Positions 29,503 through 39,533 of a stretch of 64,000 nucleotides of DNA are shown here, one piece after another. This stretch comes from Candidatus Sericytochromatia bacterium. Lineage in GTDB: Bacteria > Cyanobacteriota > Sericytochromatia > S15B-MN24 > VGJW01. Within the stretch, counting starts at the first letter, position 1. Each line of letters opens with the position of its first letter. The notes under the pieces are model-generated. The model ran no database searches. It was given only the letters and a program-made list of their open reading frames with translations, and was not told the origin of the DNA. The stretch lies in contig JAYKHS010000014.1 in assembly GCA_035285865.1 (NCBI GenBank), positions 96,001 through 160,000 on the forward strand, given 5' to 3'. A program made the position numbers and the translations under genes.

Positions 29503-31455
29503 ATGGCCAAGTCGCGACACGGAACCCTGTCCCGCCTCGGGCTGGCAAGCCTTGCCGCCGGCGCCGCCCTGCAACTGCTGCTGGCATGCAGCACCGGAGC
29601 AGGTCTCGTCCCGTCGGTCCGGTCCGCTGCCGCCGGTACCGCGACGTTGCGCCTGGTCTGGCCCGGGACGGACCGCAACATCCAGGCTGCCTCGTTGCTT
29701 GCGCCCTCATGGCGCCTGCGTGTCCTCCTGCCGGGAGGCAAGGAAACCCTGCTGCCCGTGACGATGGGATCGGCCGGCGATACGGCAGACATCCAAGGGC
29801 TGGAACCCGGGGAAACCGTTCTGGTGGTCCTCGAGGCCCTGGTTGAGGGCGTGCCGGTGCCTGGGGGTTCACATCGCGCGGTGCTGGCCCTCGAACCCGG
29901 TTCGACGACTGTGGCGACTTTCACCCCGTCCGGCATGGCGGTCGGCGAGGTCTACGAGACCCTGCTCAGGCGCACCGATGCGGAAACCCTGCTGGCCAGC
30001 CTGCCCGTGGCCTCGATCTCGTCTTTCGTCCGGACGGTCCATGATGCGCCTCCGACCTTGCCGACTTGGGGGCAGGTCGACGGCAAGGCTCTGGCCGAGG
30101 CCATCATCGTGCGCAACGGCGCCTTGCCGGGCGAACCGCTTGTCTTTCGCACGGGTGAAGCCACGGTCGACATCCGCATTCGCGGCATCAGTCCGGTCCT
30201 GCCCGTCACGATGGCTGTCCTCGATCCGGCCTCGGTCCCCCAGGGGGCGGCACGCGTCAGTTTCGGCGGGCCGGACCCCCTGCATCGAATCCGGGGGGTT
30301 CGCCCCGGTTCGTGGCCGGTGCATGTCCGGGTGCATGACCTGCCGGTCGAGATGGCCACCGTGTCGGTCGCGGCGGGTGGTACGGCGCGCGTCGACATCG
30401 ATCTTTCCCCGTGGCAAGCGGGGCCTCCCCTGCCCGTGCCCCTCGGTGGCGCCTGTGTGTCGGCCAATGGCGGCCGCATCTACTTGGTGGGCGGCCTGAC
30501 CAAGGAACGCGAGGCGACGGATTCGGTCTGGATGCTGGATACGCTCGCCACGACGCCCGGGTGGGTCGCCCGTCGACCTGCAACGCTGCCGCGGGAAGGT
30601 GCTGCTGCCGGCTGGGTAGGCGGACGCCTCGTCGTGGCTGGTGGCGTGACGCCGAATGCACAGGGTTTCCCTGTGCCTACCCGCCGTGTCGAAGCTTACG
30701 ATCCGGTGGCGGACACCTGGACCGCCCTGCCGGACATGCCGTTCGACACCTCCATCCTCACGCCTGCTGCGGGCTACGATGCCCAGGGTGTCAGCAGCCT
30801 CCTCGGGGGCGTCCTGCTCGATGCCCTCTGGATCCATGGGGCACGTGGCCTGGATGTCCTGCCCACCCCCATCCTGCGTGCCTTGCCCGCTGCTGCGGGG
30901 GCAAACTGGTTCACGCCTCCGGTGACGGGTGCGGCCTCTCCGCGCGTCCAGGCGGCGTCCATCTCCGGGGACGGTCAATGGTGGCTCATCGGTGGGCGCA
31001 TGCTGCCGCCGGTACCGTTCCTGACCGGTTCGGGCCAGGCCTTCGAGGCCGGGGCTCCCCGCGAGGATGCCGAGGTGCTCGATGCGCGGGGCACCGTACC
31101 GCGCTGGCGCAGTGTGGGCCAACCGCTGGTCGAGGCGCGTGCGGAGGCGGCCGGGGTCGTCCAGAACGGCCGCCTGCTGGTTCTGGGTGGCGTGGCCTCG
31201 GCCCGCAGGACGCTGGGTTCGGTAGAACGACTCGATCCCGGCGGGGGGCCGTGGCGTCCCGTCGGAGCGCTGCGACAACCGAGGGCCGCGCTGGGAGCCG
31301 CGATTGCCGGGGGCAAGGTCTGGGCCATCGGTGGCCTCGCCGGCAGACAAACCCTCTACTACGAGAATCCGCTCGCTGGTGGCGTCGACCTCGAGGCCTC
31401 GATCATCGCCACGGACACTGTCGAGTTTGCCCCGGTCGGGGAGTTGGGCTTGTGA
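29503..31455 (+). CDS. Kelch-repeat lipoprotein
   Basis: Lipobox LLLA|C; N-terminal beta-sandwich domains; Kelch repeats (IYLVGG, LVVAGG...YDPVADTW, LLVLGG, VWAIGG). Confidence 0.8.
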   Translation: MAKSRHGTLSRLGLASLAAGAALQLLLACSTGAGLVPSVRSAAAGTATLRLVWPGTDRNIQAASLLAPSWRLRVLLPGGKETLLPVTMGSAGDTADIQGLEPGETVLVVLEALVEGVPVPGGSHRAVLALEPGSTTVATFTPSGMAVGEVYETLLRRTDAETLLASLPVASISSFVRTVHDAPPTLPTWGQVDGKALAEAIIVRNGALPGEPLVFRTGEATVDIRIRGISPVLPVTMAVLDPASVPQGAARVSFGGPDPLHRIRGVRPGSWPVHVRVHDLPVEMATVSVAAGGTARVDIDLSPWQAGPPLPVPLGGACVSANGGRIYLVGGLTKEREATDSVWMLDTLATTPGWVARRPATLPREGAAAGWVGGRLVVAGGVTPNAQGFPVPTRRVEAYDPVADTWTALPDMPFDTSILTPAAGYDAQGVSSLLGGVLLDALWIHGARGLDVLPTPILRALPAAAGANWFTPPVTGAASPRVQAASISGDGQWWLIGGRMLPPVPFLTGSGQAFEAGAPREDAEVLDARGTVPRWRSVGQPLVEARAEAAGVVQNGRLLVLGGVASARRTLGSVERLDPGGGPWRPVGALRQPRAALGAAIAGGKVWAIGGLAGRQTLYYENPLAGGVDLEASIIATDTVEFAPVGELGL

Positions 31456-32111
31456 CGGGACGCTTGCCCATGGCCTTGTGTACCGCGGCCCTGATTCCCC
31501 TTGCCTGCAGGCCACCGAGTTCTGCGACCGACAGCCGGCAGATCGTCATCACGCCGGCCCCCGGGCCGACCCCGGTCATCGGTGCCTCGAACGGAACGTC
31601 CGGCAGTGCCACGCCGACCCCGGGACCCGCTCCGACAGATCCCGGTCGCACGCCGCCACCGACACCTGAACCGACGCGTCAGGTGAATCTCTGGATCGAA
31701 GTCCTGGTCGACGACACCCCCGGCGAAACCCGGCTCGTCGTGGTTCCTGCCGATGCTACCTCGGCTTCGACGCGCATCCAGGCCCTCTCGGCGACCGACC
31801 TGAGCGTCGATTGGGCCTTCGAGGCACCCGGGCCCGTGCCGGACGAGCGCTCGGGCAACATGAAGCCTGCAGCGACCACCGGCCTTGCCGCGACGCTCCT
31901 CGAGAGCATGTATCCCGGCGTCGGCACGGCGTCGGTCGCCCTCCGCTCGGACGCGGGGACGATCGGCACGGCGACGGCAACGACGTCGCTGGCTTCGGGC
32001 CGAAACAACGTGCTGCGCTTCGCGCTTTCGTCATCCGGGGAGATGCGCGTCGATCTGAGCGGGGATCTGCCGTGGCCAACTCCGGATGTCCGCCTGACGG
32101 TGCGCCCATGA
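31452..32111 (+). CDS. hypothetical lipoprotein with Pro/Thr linker and a single beta-rich domain
   Basis: GTGA overlap with the upstream stop; IPLA|C lipobox-like; ATGA overlap with the downstream gene. Confidence 0.65.
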   Translation: MTGRLPMALCTAALIPLACRPPSSATDSRQIVITPAPGPTPVIGASNGTSGSATPTPGPAPTDPGRTPPPTPEPTRQVNLWIEVLVDDTPGETRLVVVPADATSASTRIQALSATDLSVDWAFEAPGPVPDERSGNMKPAATTGLAATLLESMYPGVGTASVALRSDAGTIGTATATTSLASGRNNVLRFALSSSGEMRVDLSGDLPWPTPDVRLTVRP

Positions 32112-33685
32112 AGTTGTTTGCAAACGTCGGCCGGCCCGCCCTGCGCGGCCTGGTCTTCCTCGTCGGGTGCGTCTGGGTGGTGGCCTGCACGGCTCCGGCC
32201 AACTTGCCGACGGCAGGCGTCGGGGGAGCGGCCGTGCGCGCGGATGAGGGGGCTCCTGCGGGTGCAACGCTGCGCATCGTGGTTGCCCTGCCTCCGGCCC
32301 TGCAGGGACCGGAGGCCGAGCGGGACACGATGGCCCTGTCCGGGTTCATCGATCGCATCGAGGCCGAGATTCGGGGGACCAACGTGCCCGGTGGGCGCCA
32401 CACGGCAACCTTCACGCGCAAGGACTTCCGGGGCAAGGCTGTCGTCCTGGTCTTCGGGCGCCTCCTGCCTGGGCAGGTCACCGTCACGCTGACCTTTCTG
32501 GACCGCAGCGACAGATTGTTGGGCAAGGCTGTCAGCGATCTCATCGAGGTCGGTCCCGCCGTGCCCGCGGAGGCCACCCTTTCCTTGATCCCCGAAGAGG
32601 GTTCGCTGAGCGTGCCCTTCGATCCGGTTACCGTCGAACCGACGACCGCCGTCAGGCTCGATGCGCGGATCCAGCCTTTCGAACAGGGGCAGTGGACTCA
32701 GGTGCCGCCTTTGTTGCTGCCCCGTACCGGGGGCAGCCTCGTCCTGCACGATGGAGCGCTGATGGCCGTGCTCGGTGCACCGAGTCCTTCGGTGGAGCGG
32801 CGTGATCCGGTCACGGGCCACTGGCGACTGGTACCTCTGCCGTCGTCCTACAGCGTGCTCGTGCGGGACGCTGCCATCCAACCCATCGCCGGAAGCCTTC
32901 ACGTGTTCGGAGGTGACAGCTTTGGCGTGGATCAACCGTTCGGTTCCGGTTTGGAGATGACGCGGATTCGGCCCGAGGCGGCTTTGCCGGATCGCGTCCA
33001 GAACGTATCCCGATCCTCGGTTGCGGTTGTCCCGCAACTCGAGGGCGACCTTGCGCGTTCCGGGGCCGCGAGCTTCCTGTGGCAGGATGAGGTCGTGCTG
33101 GTCGGCGGGCGTGGGGAGCACCCGCCCGAGACGGGACTGCCGCGACACGGCTGGGTCCTTCCGGTTCACGGCAGCGCCCACGCTGCATCGCGGGGAACGT
33201 GGCGTCGCTTGGCCGGCCTGCAGTCTCCGAGAGCCGATCTGGCGGGGGCGACCGTGGACGGGCGCATGGTGGCGGTCGGCGGACGGACGCTGTCCGGAGC
33301 CACGGGGAAGGACAGGCTCCTCGGATTGCCCTGGTACGATGCCGCGACGGCGCAGTGGACAGCCGTCAGCACCGTGGAGACCTACGATCCGGTCGAAGAG
33401 CGGTGGCAGTCCGCGCCAGCCTTGCCCGAGGCACGCTGGGACCTGGCGGCCGTCGGGCATGCCGGTCGTGTCTGGGTCAGCGGTGGGCGAAACGCTTCGG
33501 GGCAACCCACGGCCACGGTATGGAGCTGGGCACCGGGCGAGGCGTCATGGCGTCCAGAGCCTTCGATGACGCGTGTCCGGGCCAGTCACGGCATGGCGGT
33601 GGCTCCCGGGGGCCTGCTGATGGTGGCCGGGGGAGAGGGGCTGGATGCCTTCACGTCCCGGCATGTCGAGGTGATGAGGCCATGA
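32108..33685 (+). CDS. Kelch-repeat lipoprotein
   Basis: Lipobox VVA|C; Kelch repeats (LHVFGG, VVLVGG, MVAVGG...YDPVEERW, VWVSGG, LMVAGG). Confidence 0.8.
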   Translation: MKLFANVGRPALRGLVFLVGCVWVVACTAPANLPTAGVGGAAVRADEGAPAGATLRIVVALPPALQGPEAERDTMALSGFIDRIEAEIRGTNVPGGRHTATFTRKDFRGKAVVLVFGRLLPGQVTVTLTFLDRSDRLLGKAVSDLIEVGPAVPAEATLSLIPEEGSLSVPFDPVTVEPTTAVRLDARIQPFEQGQWTQVPPLLLPRTGGSLVLHDGALMAVLGAPSPSVERRDPVTGHWRLVPLPSSYSVLVRDAAIQPIAGSLHVFGGDSFGVDQPFGSGLEMTRIRPEAALPDRVQNVSRSSVAVVPQLEGDLARSGAASFLWQDEVVLVGGRGEHPPETGLPRHGWVLPVHGSAHAASRGTWRRLAGLQSPRADLAGATVDGRMVAVGGRTLSGATGKDRLLGLPWYDAATAQWTAVSTVETYDPVEERWQSAPALPEARWDLAAVGHAGRVWVSGGRNASGQPTATVWSWAPGEASWRPEPSMTRVRASHGMAVAPGGLLMVAGGEGLDAFTSRHVEVMRP

Positions 33686-35103
33686 TGCGGGGAGTGTCCG
33701 TTGCGGTGATGGTGTCGGCCGCGTCCGTTCTCCTCTCCGCTTGCCAGGCCGTGTCGCCATCGACCGTGTCCGCGCTGCCCTTGCCCATCATCGGCTTGGG
33801 AACCGCCGCCGATGCGCGCGACCCGGTGCTGGCGTGGCGCGCCGAGCGCGCCGAGCCGCCCCAGGGCCGTGTCCTTGCGGGAGAGTTGCTGGTGGGTATC
33901 TCCCAGCCGGGAGTCCTGCCAGCGGCGCTCGAGGGGTTGTCCGTCCGTCGCCTGCATGGCACGCGCTTCCTGATGGTCCGGACGTCGCCTGCAGCTGCGG
34001 ATGATCTCGGCAGCCGCCTGCTGGCCGATCCGGACGTTCGCTGGGTGACGCGCCATCGTGCTGCGACGCCGGCAGCGGAGCCCTACTACGATGGGGATCC
34101 CTTGACGGCCTACAATCCGGCCATGCGCCTGATGAAGGTGCAAGAGGCGCTGGTGTCCATCCTCGATGCTTCCCGCGAGTGGCGCACCTCGTGCGTGGCC
34201 GTGCTGGATTCGGGTGTCCAGCGCCAGCACCCCGATCTCGTGGGCCATGTCCTCGCAGGCTTCCAGACGCACGCAGCCTTCGATCCCGACACGCCGCCGC
34301 CATCGGGAGATTTCGACGACTTCCGTGGCTTCCACGGCACGCGCGTCGCGGGCGTGATCTCGGGCGCCGTCGCGAACGACACCGGCGCTGCCGGGATTGC
34401 GCCGGGGTGCATCATCCTGCCGGTGATGGTCGCCGACCCGTCCACGGGGGAAATGTCGACGTTCGCCATCCTGTCCGGGATGTGGCTGGCTGCTCACCTG
34501 AATCGCCCCGAGGCCCCCTTCGGCTGGATGCAGGGTGTCGGGGACGGCACGCCGGTTCACGTGGTGTCGATGAGCCTCGGTTTCGAGGGGGTGGAGTCGC
34601 GTATCGCGGCTTTCGACGAAATGGCCGGCCTCCTGCGCCAGCGCGGGATTCTCGTGGTCGCCAGTGCCGGCAACGCAGCCGGGGGCGTGACGGCTCCCGC
34701 GAACAGCCCGGGAGTCCTTGCCGTCGGGGCCACGGTGCCACCACCCGACGTCGAGGCGCTTGCACCCTACAGCAACCATGGGGATGGCCTCGACTTCGTG
34801 GCACCCGGTTCGGGCATCTGGACGACCGACGGGGCCAACACGGCGACGGGTTTGCCGGACTATGCGAAGGCTTATGCCCGCTTCACCGGCACTTCCGCGT
34901 CCGCCCCCATGGTGGCGGCCGTGGCAGCCCTGATCCGTGGCCGTTATGCTGAAGAACTGGCGGGTCATCCGGCGCCGGCGGACTGGATCGAGTCTCGCTT
35001 GCGCGAGAGCGCCGTGGACCTGGGCGAGCCGGGCTGGGACCCGTACTTCGGATGGGGCCGGCCGGACGCCCTGCGGGCGGTGACGGGGCCGTTCGTCCCC
35101 TGA
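33682..35103 (+). CDS. S8 (subtilisin-like) serine peptidase, lipoprotein
   Basis: Lipobox LLSA|C; catalytic VAVLDSG, HGTRVAG and GTSASAP; oxyanion ASAGN; DLGEPGWDPYFGWG. Confidence 0.92.
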   Translation: MMRGVSVAVMVSAASVLLSACQAVSPSTVSALPLPIIGLGTAADARDPVLAWRAERAEPPQGRVLAGELLVGISQPGVLPAALEGLSVRRLHGTRFLMVRTSPAAADDLGSRLLADPDVRWVTRHRAATPAAEPYYDGDPLTAYNPAMRLMKVQEALVSILDASREWRTSCVAVLDSGVQRQHPDLVGHVLAGFQTHAAFDPDTPPPSGDFDDFRGFHGTRVAGVISGAVANDTGAAGIAPGCIILPVMVADPSTGEMSTFAILSGMWLAAHLNRPEAPFGWMQGVGDGTPVHVVSMSLGFEGVESRIAAFDEMAGLLRQRGILVVASAGNAAGGVTAPANSPGVLAVGATVPPPDVEALAPYSNHGDGLDFVAPGSGIWTTDGANTATGLPDYAKAYARFTGTSASAPMVAAVAALIRGRYAEELAGHPAPADWIESRLRESAVDLGEPGWDPYFGWGRPDALRAVTGPFVP

Positions 35104-35163
35104 CCTCGTGCCGACGACGTTCCCCGCCTTGCGTCCCCGCAGACCGGATGGCTACCATGGGGG

Positions 35164-35775
35164 ATGCATCCTGAATCCGGTCACGACCTCGGCGAGAGCA
35201 TCGAGCGCCTCGCACGCCGCCGCCGCCTCTTCACCGTCGCGATGCTCGTGATGCTCCTGACGGCTCTGCTGGGTACGTCCATCTACCCCTACATGATGGC
35301 GGACGGTCCTGCTCCGTCGCCTTCGGCGGGGGCTACTGCGGCGGATCCCTTCAAGGAACTCGAGGCCATCGTTCGGGCTCATCCCCGCGATGTCGAGGCC
35401 CTCACGGAGTTGGGCAATCGCTACTACGATGCCGAGCGCTATGGCGACGCCGAGGCCATGTACCGCAAGGTCCTGGCCGTGACGCCGGGCAATCCCTCCG
35501 TGACGACGGATCTGGGCACGGCGCTCTTCTACCAGAAGAAGACGCTCGAGGCGATCGCCGCATGGCGGTCCGTTCTGGAGACGCATCCGCGACAGGCTCA
35601 GGCTCGGGTCAACCTTGGGCTTGCCTACCACAGCCTCGGGCAGACGCCCAAGGCCATCCGGGAGTGGGAAGTGGCCCGCGAGACGGCGACGGACGACAAC
35701 GTCCGCAAGACCGCGGAGCAGTTCCTGGCCCAGGTCCGGCCCGCAGCGGCAACATCCTCGGCCCAGCCCGGATAA
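35164..35775 (+). CDS. membrane-anchored TPR protein
   Basis: One TM helix followed by three TPRs (ALTELGNRYY, VTTDLGTALF, ARVNLGLAYH). Confidence 0.85.
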   Translation: MHPESGHDLGESIERLARRRRLFTVAMLVMLLTALLGTSIYPYMMADGPAPSPSAGATAADPFKELEAIVRAHPRDVEALTELGNRYYDAERYGDAEAMYRKVLAVTPGNPSVTTDLGTALFYQKKTLEAIAAWRSVLETHPRQAQARVNLGLAYHSLGQTPKAIREWEVARETATDDNVRKTAEQFLAQVRPAAATSSAQPG

Positions 35776-35830
35776 GCCGCCTTCCTGCCGGCGTCATCGG
35801 CCCTCAACATGGAGCGGGCACGGTACGTTC

Positions 35831-36829
35831 GTGTTCAGGCCTGAAGCTTCTCCGGGTAATTGCCCGCGTGTCGTCGCAGCGCTCTTCGCCGCGATGACGG
35901 TGGCTTCCTGCTGCCCCGGCATCGCGGCGCCTGTCGCGACGGGAGGGGCTGAGGAGGGAACCGATTCGGAAGCCGAGGTTGTCAGGGTCGAACCCGTGCG
36001 TGACGTCGGCATGGGGCAGCTGGTGCCGACAGCGGGGCCTGACGACGAGCCTGCCCTGCTCGCCAGCGGGGAAGGCCGGGTCGTGCTCGCCGATCGGAAG
36101 GGGACGATGCAGCTTGATTGGCCCGACCCTGCCGAATTCCCCCACAGGGCCGGGGTCGTGTCGGCCGTGGCGTGGGATCGCGACGGCACGCTCTGGTTGG
36201 CGGGCTCGGCTGGACTGACACGCAATCGCCCGCCCGAGGCAGGGGAGGCCTGGGCGTGGAGTCTGCCCGATGGCCGCAGGCCTTCGGTCCAGGCTCTCGT
36301 GGCCGCCGATGATGGCCTGCTGTTCGCGGCTGTCGATCACGGCGTCCTGCGCTTCGAGCCGGCGACGCGGCAGGTCCGCTGGCTCGCGGGTGGCCCCATG
36401 CCCGGCTTGACGGATGGCGAGGGCCACGACGCTGCCTTCCGGGAGCCCGAGGGCCTGTTGCTGCACGAAGACGGCCTGCTGGTCGCCGATGCCGGCAACC
36501 ACGCGCTGCGCACGGTTTTGCGATCGGGCAGGACGGCGCTGCTGCTGGGGGGCAGGCCCGGATTCATCGACGGCCCGGCCGGGCGCGCCCGGCTGCGGCA
36601 GCCTCATGGGCTCTGGCGGCATCCGCGGTGGGGCGTGCTGGTTTGCGATACGGGGAACCATGCCTTGCGCCGGCTCGATGGGCAGGGCCTGACGACCCTT
36701 GCGGGGGACGGCATGCCGGGCCGGGTTCCCGGACCGCTGCCGGATGTGCGCCTGATTGCACCTGTCGGATTGGCCGGGGACTGGCTGCTCGGGTCCGGGG
36801 GGCGACTCTGGCGGTGGGTGCCGGCATGA
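35831..36829 (+). CDS. NHL-repeat beta-propeller protein, probable lipoprotein (start uncertain)
   Basis: DGEGHDAAFREPEGL, VADAGNHALR, DGPAGRARLRQPHGL, VCDTGNHALR; TVAS|C lipobox-like. Confidence 0.75.
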   Translation: MFRPEASPGNCPRVVAALFAAMTVASCCPGIAAPVATGGAEEGTDSEAEVVRVEPVRDVGMGQLVPTAGPDDEPALLASGEGRVVLADRKGTMQLDWPDPAEFPHRAGVVSAVAWDRDGTLWLAGSAGLTRNRPPEAGEAWAWSLPDGRRPSVQALVAADDGLLFAAVDHGVLRFEPATRQVRWLAGGPMPGLTDGEGHDAAFREPEGLLLHEDGLLVADAGNHALRTVLRSGRTALLLGGRPGFIDGPAGRARLRQPHGLWRHPRWGVLVCDTGNHALRRLDGQGLTTLAGDGMPGRVPGPLPDVRLIAPVGLAGDWLLGSGGRLWRWVPA

Positions 36830-37758
36830 TGCGCCTCGCGCGTCGTGCCGGCGCGCTGGCCCTCTGGCCGTTCGTCCTCGCGGCCTGTCCCGGTTCAGGT
36901 AGCCCCACGAGCGCATCATCTGCTGCGGTCGCTCCCCCATCGGCGGGGGCTGCGCCCTTGGTCCTGCCGGAGGTGGCCACGACGGTGCATCTCTTGCTTG
37001 AGGGCCTGGTCGCGCCCGCTGGGCTTGTCCGGATGCCCGAGGGTCTGTACGTCAGTGACGAGGCCACGGATCGGGTCTGGTTGCAGCCCTTGCCCGCGGG
37101 TGCCGCCGTCCCGATTCCCGGACCCGAATCCGGACTCGACGGACCATCGGCGCTTGCTGGGGACGAGACAGGCAACCTTTTCGTCGCGGAGCGAAGGGGG
37201 CGCCGGGTGGTCTGCCGGGACCCGGGTGGTCGCTGGATCACGGTGCTCGGCGGCGGGGACGTGCCCCCGGGCGAGGCGCCTGTCCGGGCCACGGACCTCG
37301 CGCTGGAAGACCCGGGGGCTCTCGCGGTGGATGATGCGGGCAGCCTGTGGGTCCTCGACGCCGGCTGGCGCATGCTGGTCAGGCGTGGGGCCGATGGTCG
37401 CGCCACGGCCTGGTCGGCTCCGGGCAGCGCACCGGCGGCACTTGCCGCCCATGCGGATGGCAGCTTGCTGGTTCTCGATCCGCTGACCGGGGTGCTCTAC
37501 CGCGGCCGTCCGGGGAGCTGGAGCGTCGCGGCGACCGGGCTGTCGCGCGCCGTGGGCGTGCTGGTCCATCCCCGATATCCGTGGGTCGTCCTCGAGGCCG
37601 GTGGAGCCTTGCTGCTCGGTCCGGACGGTGAGCGCCTCGAGGTTGCAGGCAGCCCACGCCCGGTTGCGGGGGCGTGGATGGACCCGTTGGGTTGGGCCGT
37701 GGCGGATGCTGCGCGGGGGGGCGTCCTGCTGCAGCAACCCCGGACGGGGGCGCGTTAG
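36826..37758 (+). CDS. NHL/SMP-30-type beta-propeller lipoprotein
   Basis: ATGA-coupled; lipobox VLAA|C; repeats LYVSDEATDRV, LDGPSALAGDETGNLFVAE, PGALAVDDAGSLWVLD. Confidence 0.72.
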   Translation: MMRLARRAGALALWPFVLAACPGSGSPTSASSAAVAPPSAGAAPLVLPEVATTVHLLLEGLVAPAGLVRMPEGLYVSDEATDRVWLQPLPAGAAVPIPGPESGLDGPSALAGDETGNLFVAERRGRRVVCRDPGGRWITVLGGGDVPPGEAPVRATDLALEDPGALAVDDAGSLWVLDAGWRMLVRRGADGRATAWSAPGSAPAALAAHADGSLLVLDPLTGVLYRGRPGSWSVAATGLSRAVGVLVHPRYPWVVLEAGGALLLGPDGERLEVAGSPRPVAGAWMDPLGWAVADAARGGVLLQQPRTGAR

Positions 37759-37862
37759 AGCCTTCGTCCGGCACCGTGCCGGGCCCTCAGGCAGCCCTTG
37801 CGTGCGTCGGTCTGACCGGGCCGACTGGGGTCGTCCGCGCCTGCGGACAACAGGAGGTCCCG

Positions 37863-38939
37863 ATGGATCACGCGGGCCGTCTTGCCAGGCTGCGTCAGTA
37901 TCTGGCGGACCAGAAGCGGTCACACCTGCTCGTGTGCCATCCGGCCAACGTGGCTTGGCTCAGCGGCTGTTCGGCCGAGGGCGCCTGTCTCCTCGTCGGA
38001 CCCGAGCGATGCCGGATCTTCCTCGACGGACGTGCCGCAAGGACATGGCAAGGTCGGCTCACGGCCCGGATCGAGCTGCTGGCGTCCGGCCCCGACGGTT
38101 TCGGGCCGCTCATCGGGCGCTGCCTCGATCGCACGCGGGGGTGCCTCCATTTCGAGCCGGACGGACTGGACTGGTGGCAGGCCGTCGCGCTGGCGCAGGC
38201 CCTGCCGACGGGCTGGTCTCTGGAGGCGGCGGGCGGGGACGTCGAGGTCTTGCGGCAGCGGAAGGACCCGGATGAGATCCGGATTTTGGGGGATCTTGCC
38301 CGGGATGCGGGCCGGCTTCGCGCAAGGGCGGCGGAGATGCTTCGGGAAGGCAGTCCGGTGTCGGATGTCCGGGCCGTGATACTCGAGGGCATTGCCCGCT
38401 GTGAGGCGTGGCCCGCATTTCGACCGCTGCTCGCCACGGGACTGGACACGCTGGATCTGCACCCGGCAGGGCCTGGCCGTTCGACGGCCGGGGAGGGCCT
38501 CGCGCTCGTGGATCTGGGTCTTTCCCGGGCGGGTCTGAACAGTGACGTCGCGACCAGCGTGCTGGTCGCCGGGCGTGCGGCCCGGAGCCACGGCACGCTG
38601 TTGGCTATTGCCGAAGAGGCCTTCCGCGCGGCGGTCGCCGCCGTGGGGCCCGGAGTGCCTGCGGCGGAGGTCGCCGGGGCGGCCCATCGGGTGCTGCGTC
38701 GCCACGGGCTGGAGGCGCGTCATGATGCCGGGCACGGGATTGGCTGGCAGGTCCACGAGGCGCCGTGGATTGCCGAGGAGAGTCCGGACGTGATCGAGGA
38801 AGGCATGGTGCTTTGCCTCGAGCCGGGGGCCTATCATCCCGCGGTCGGCGGGGGGCGGCGCGAGGAAATGGTGCTCGTGACCCGGGGCGGAGCCGTGGTC
38901 CTGGGGCAAGTGGCGGCAGACGGCCGCCCGTTGGTATGA
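37863..38939 (+). CDS. M24B Xaa-Pro peptidase (PepQ/YqhT-like)
   Basis: Creatinase-type N-domain; [10 protein letters not shown]; metal ligands DLG..SD, GHGIG..HE, EPG and REE; upstream of efp. Confidence 0.85.
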   Translation: MDHAGRLARLRQYLADQKRSHLLVCHPANVAWLSGCSAEGACLLVGPERCRIFLDGRAARTWQGRLTARIELLASGPDGFGPLIGRCLDRTRGCLHFEPDGLDWWQAVALAQALPTGWSLEAAGGDVEVLRQRKDPDEIRILGDLARDAGRLRARAAEMLREGSPVSDVRAVILEGIARCEAWPAFRPLLATGLDTLDLHPAGPGRSTAGEGLALVDLGLSRAGLNSDVATSVLVAGRAARSHGTLLAIAEEAFRAAVAAVGPGVPAAEVAGAAHRVLRRHGLEARHDAGHGIGWQVHEAPWIAEESPDVIEEGMVLCLEPGAYHPAVGGGRREEMVLVTRGGAVVLGQVAADGRPLV

Positions 38940-38971
38940 TGGGCTCCCTTCCCTGCACCGAGGTTCCGCCC

Positions 38972-39529
38972 TTGATCTCCACCAACGACCTGCGCACCGG
39001 CACCACCATCGAAATCGAAGGTGACGTCTTCGTGGTCCAGGACTTCCAGCACGTCAAGCCGGGCAAGGGCGCGGCATTCGTCCGCACGCGACTCAAGAAC
39101 GCCAAGACCGGCAACGTGGTCGAGCGGACGTTCCGGGCGGGCGAGAAGGTGGCGCGTGCCGTCCTCGAGAAGAAGCAGATGCAGTACATGTACGCGTCCG
39201 ACGACGAGTACTACTTCATGGACCTCGAGACCTTCGATCAGACCCCCATCCTGGCCGACAAGCTGGGCGACAAGATCAAGTGGCTCAAGGAAGAGATGGT
39301 CATCGAGATCCTGACGTGGCAGGGCATGATTCTGGGCATCGACCTGCCCAACTTCGTGGAACTGCGCATCGTCGACACGCCCCCGGGCGTCAAGGGCGAC
39401 ACGGCATCCGGCGGCGGCAAGCCGGCGACGCTCGAGACCGGTGCTGTCGTTCAGGTGCCCTTCTTCGTCAACCCGGACGAGGTCATCCGCGTCGATACCC
39501 GTACGGGCACGTATCTGGACCGGGTCTGA
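38972..39529 (+). CDS. efp: elongation factor P
   Basis: TTG start; [35 protein letters not shown]. Confidence 0.97.
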   Translation: MISTNDLRTGTTIEIEGDVFVVQDFQHVKPGKGAAFVRTRLKNAKTGNVVERTFRAGEKVARAVLEKKQMQYMYASDDEYYFMDLETFDQTPILADKLGDKIKWLKEEMVIEILTWQGMILGIDLPNFVELRIVDTPPGVKGDTASGGGKPATLETGAVVQVPFFVNPDEVIRVDTRTGTYLDRV

Positions 39530-39533
39530 CGCA

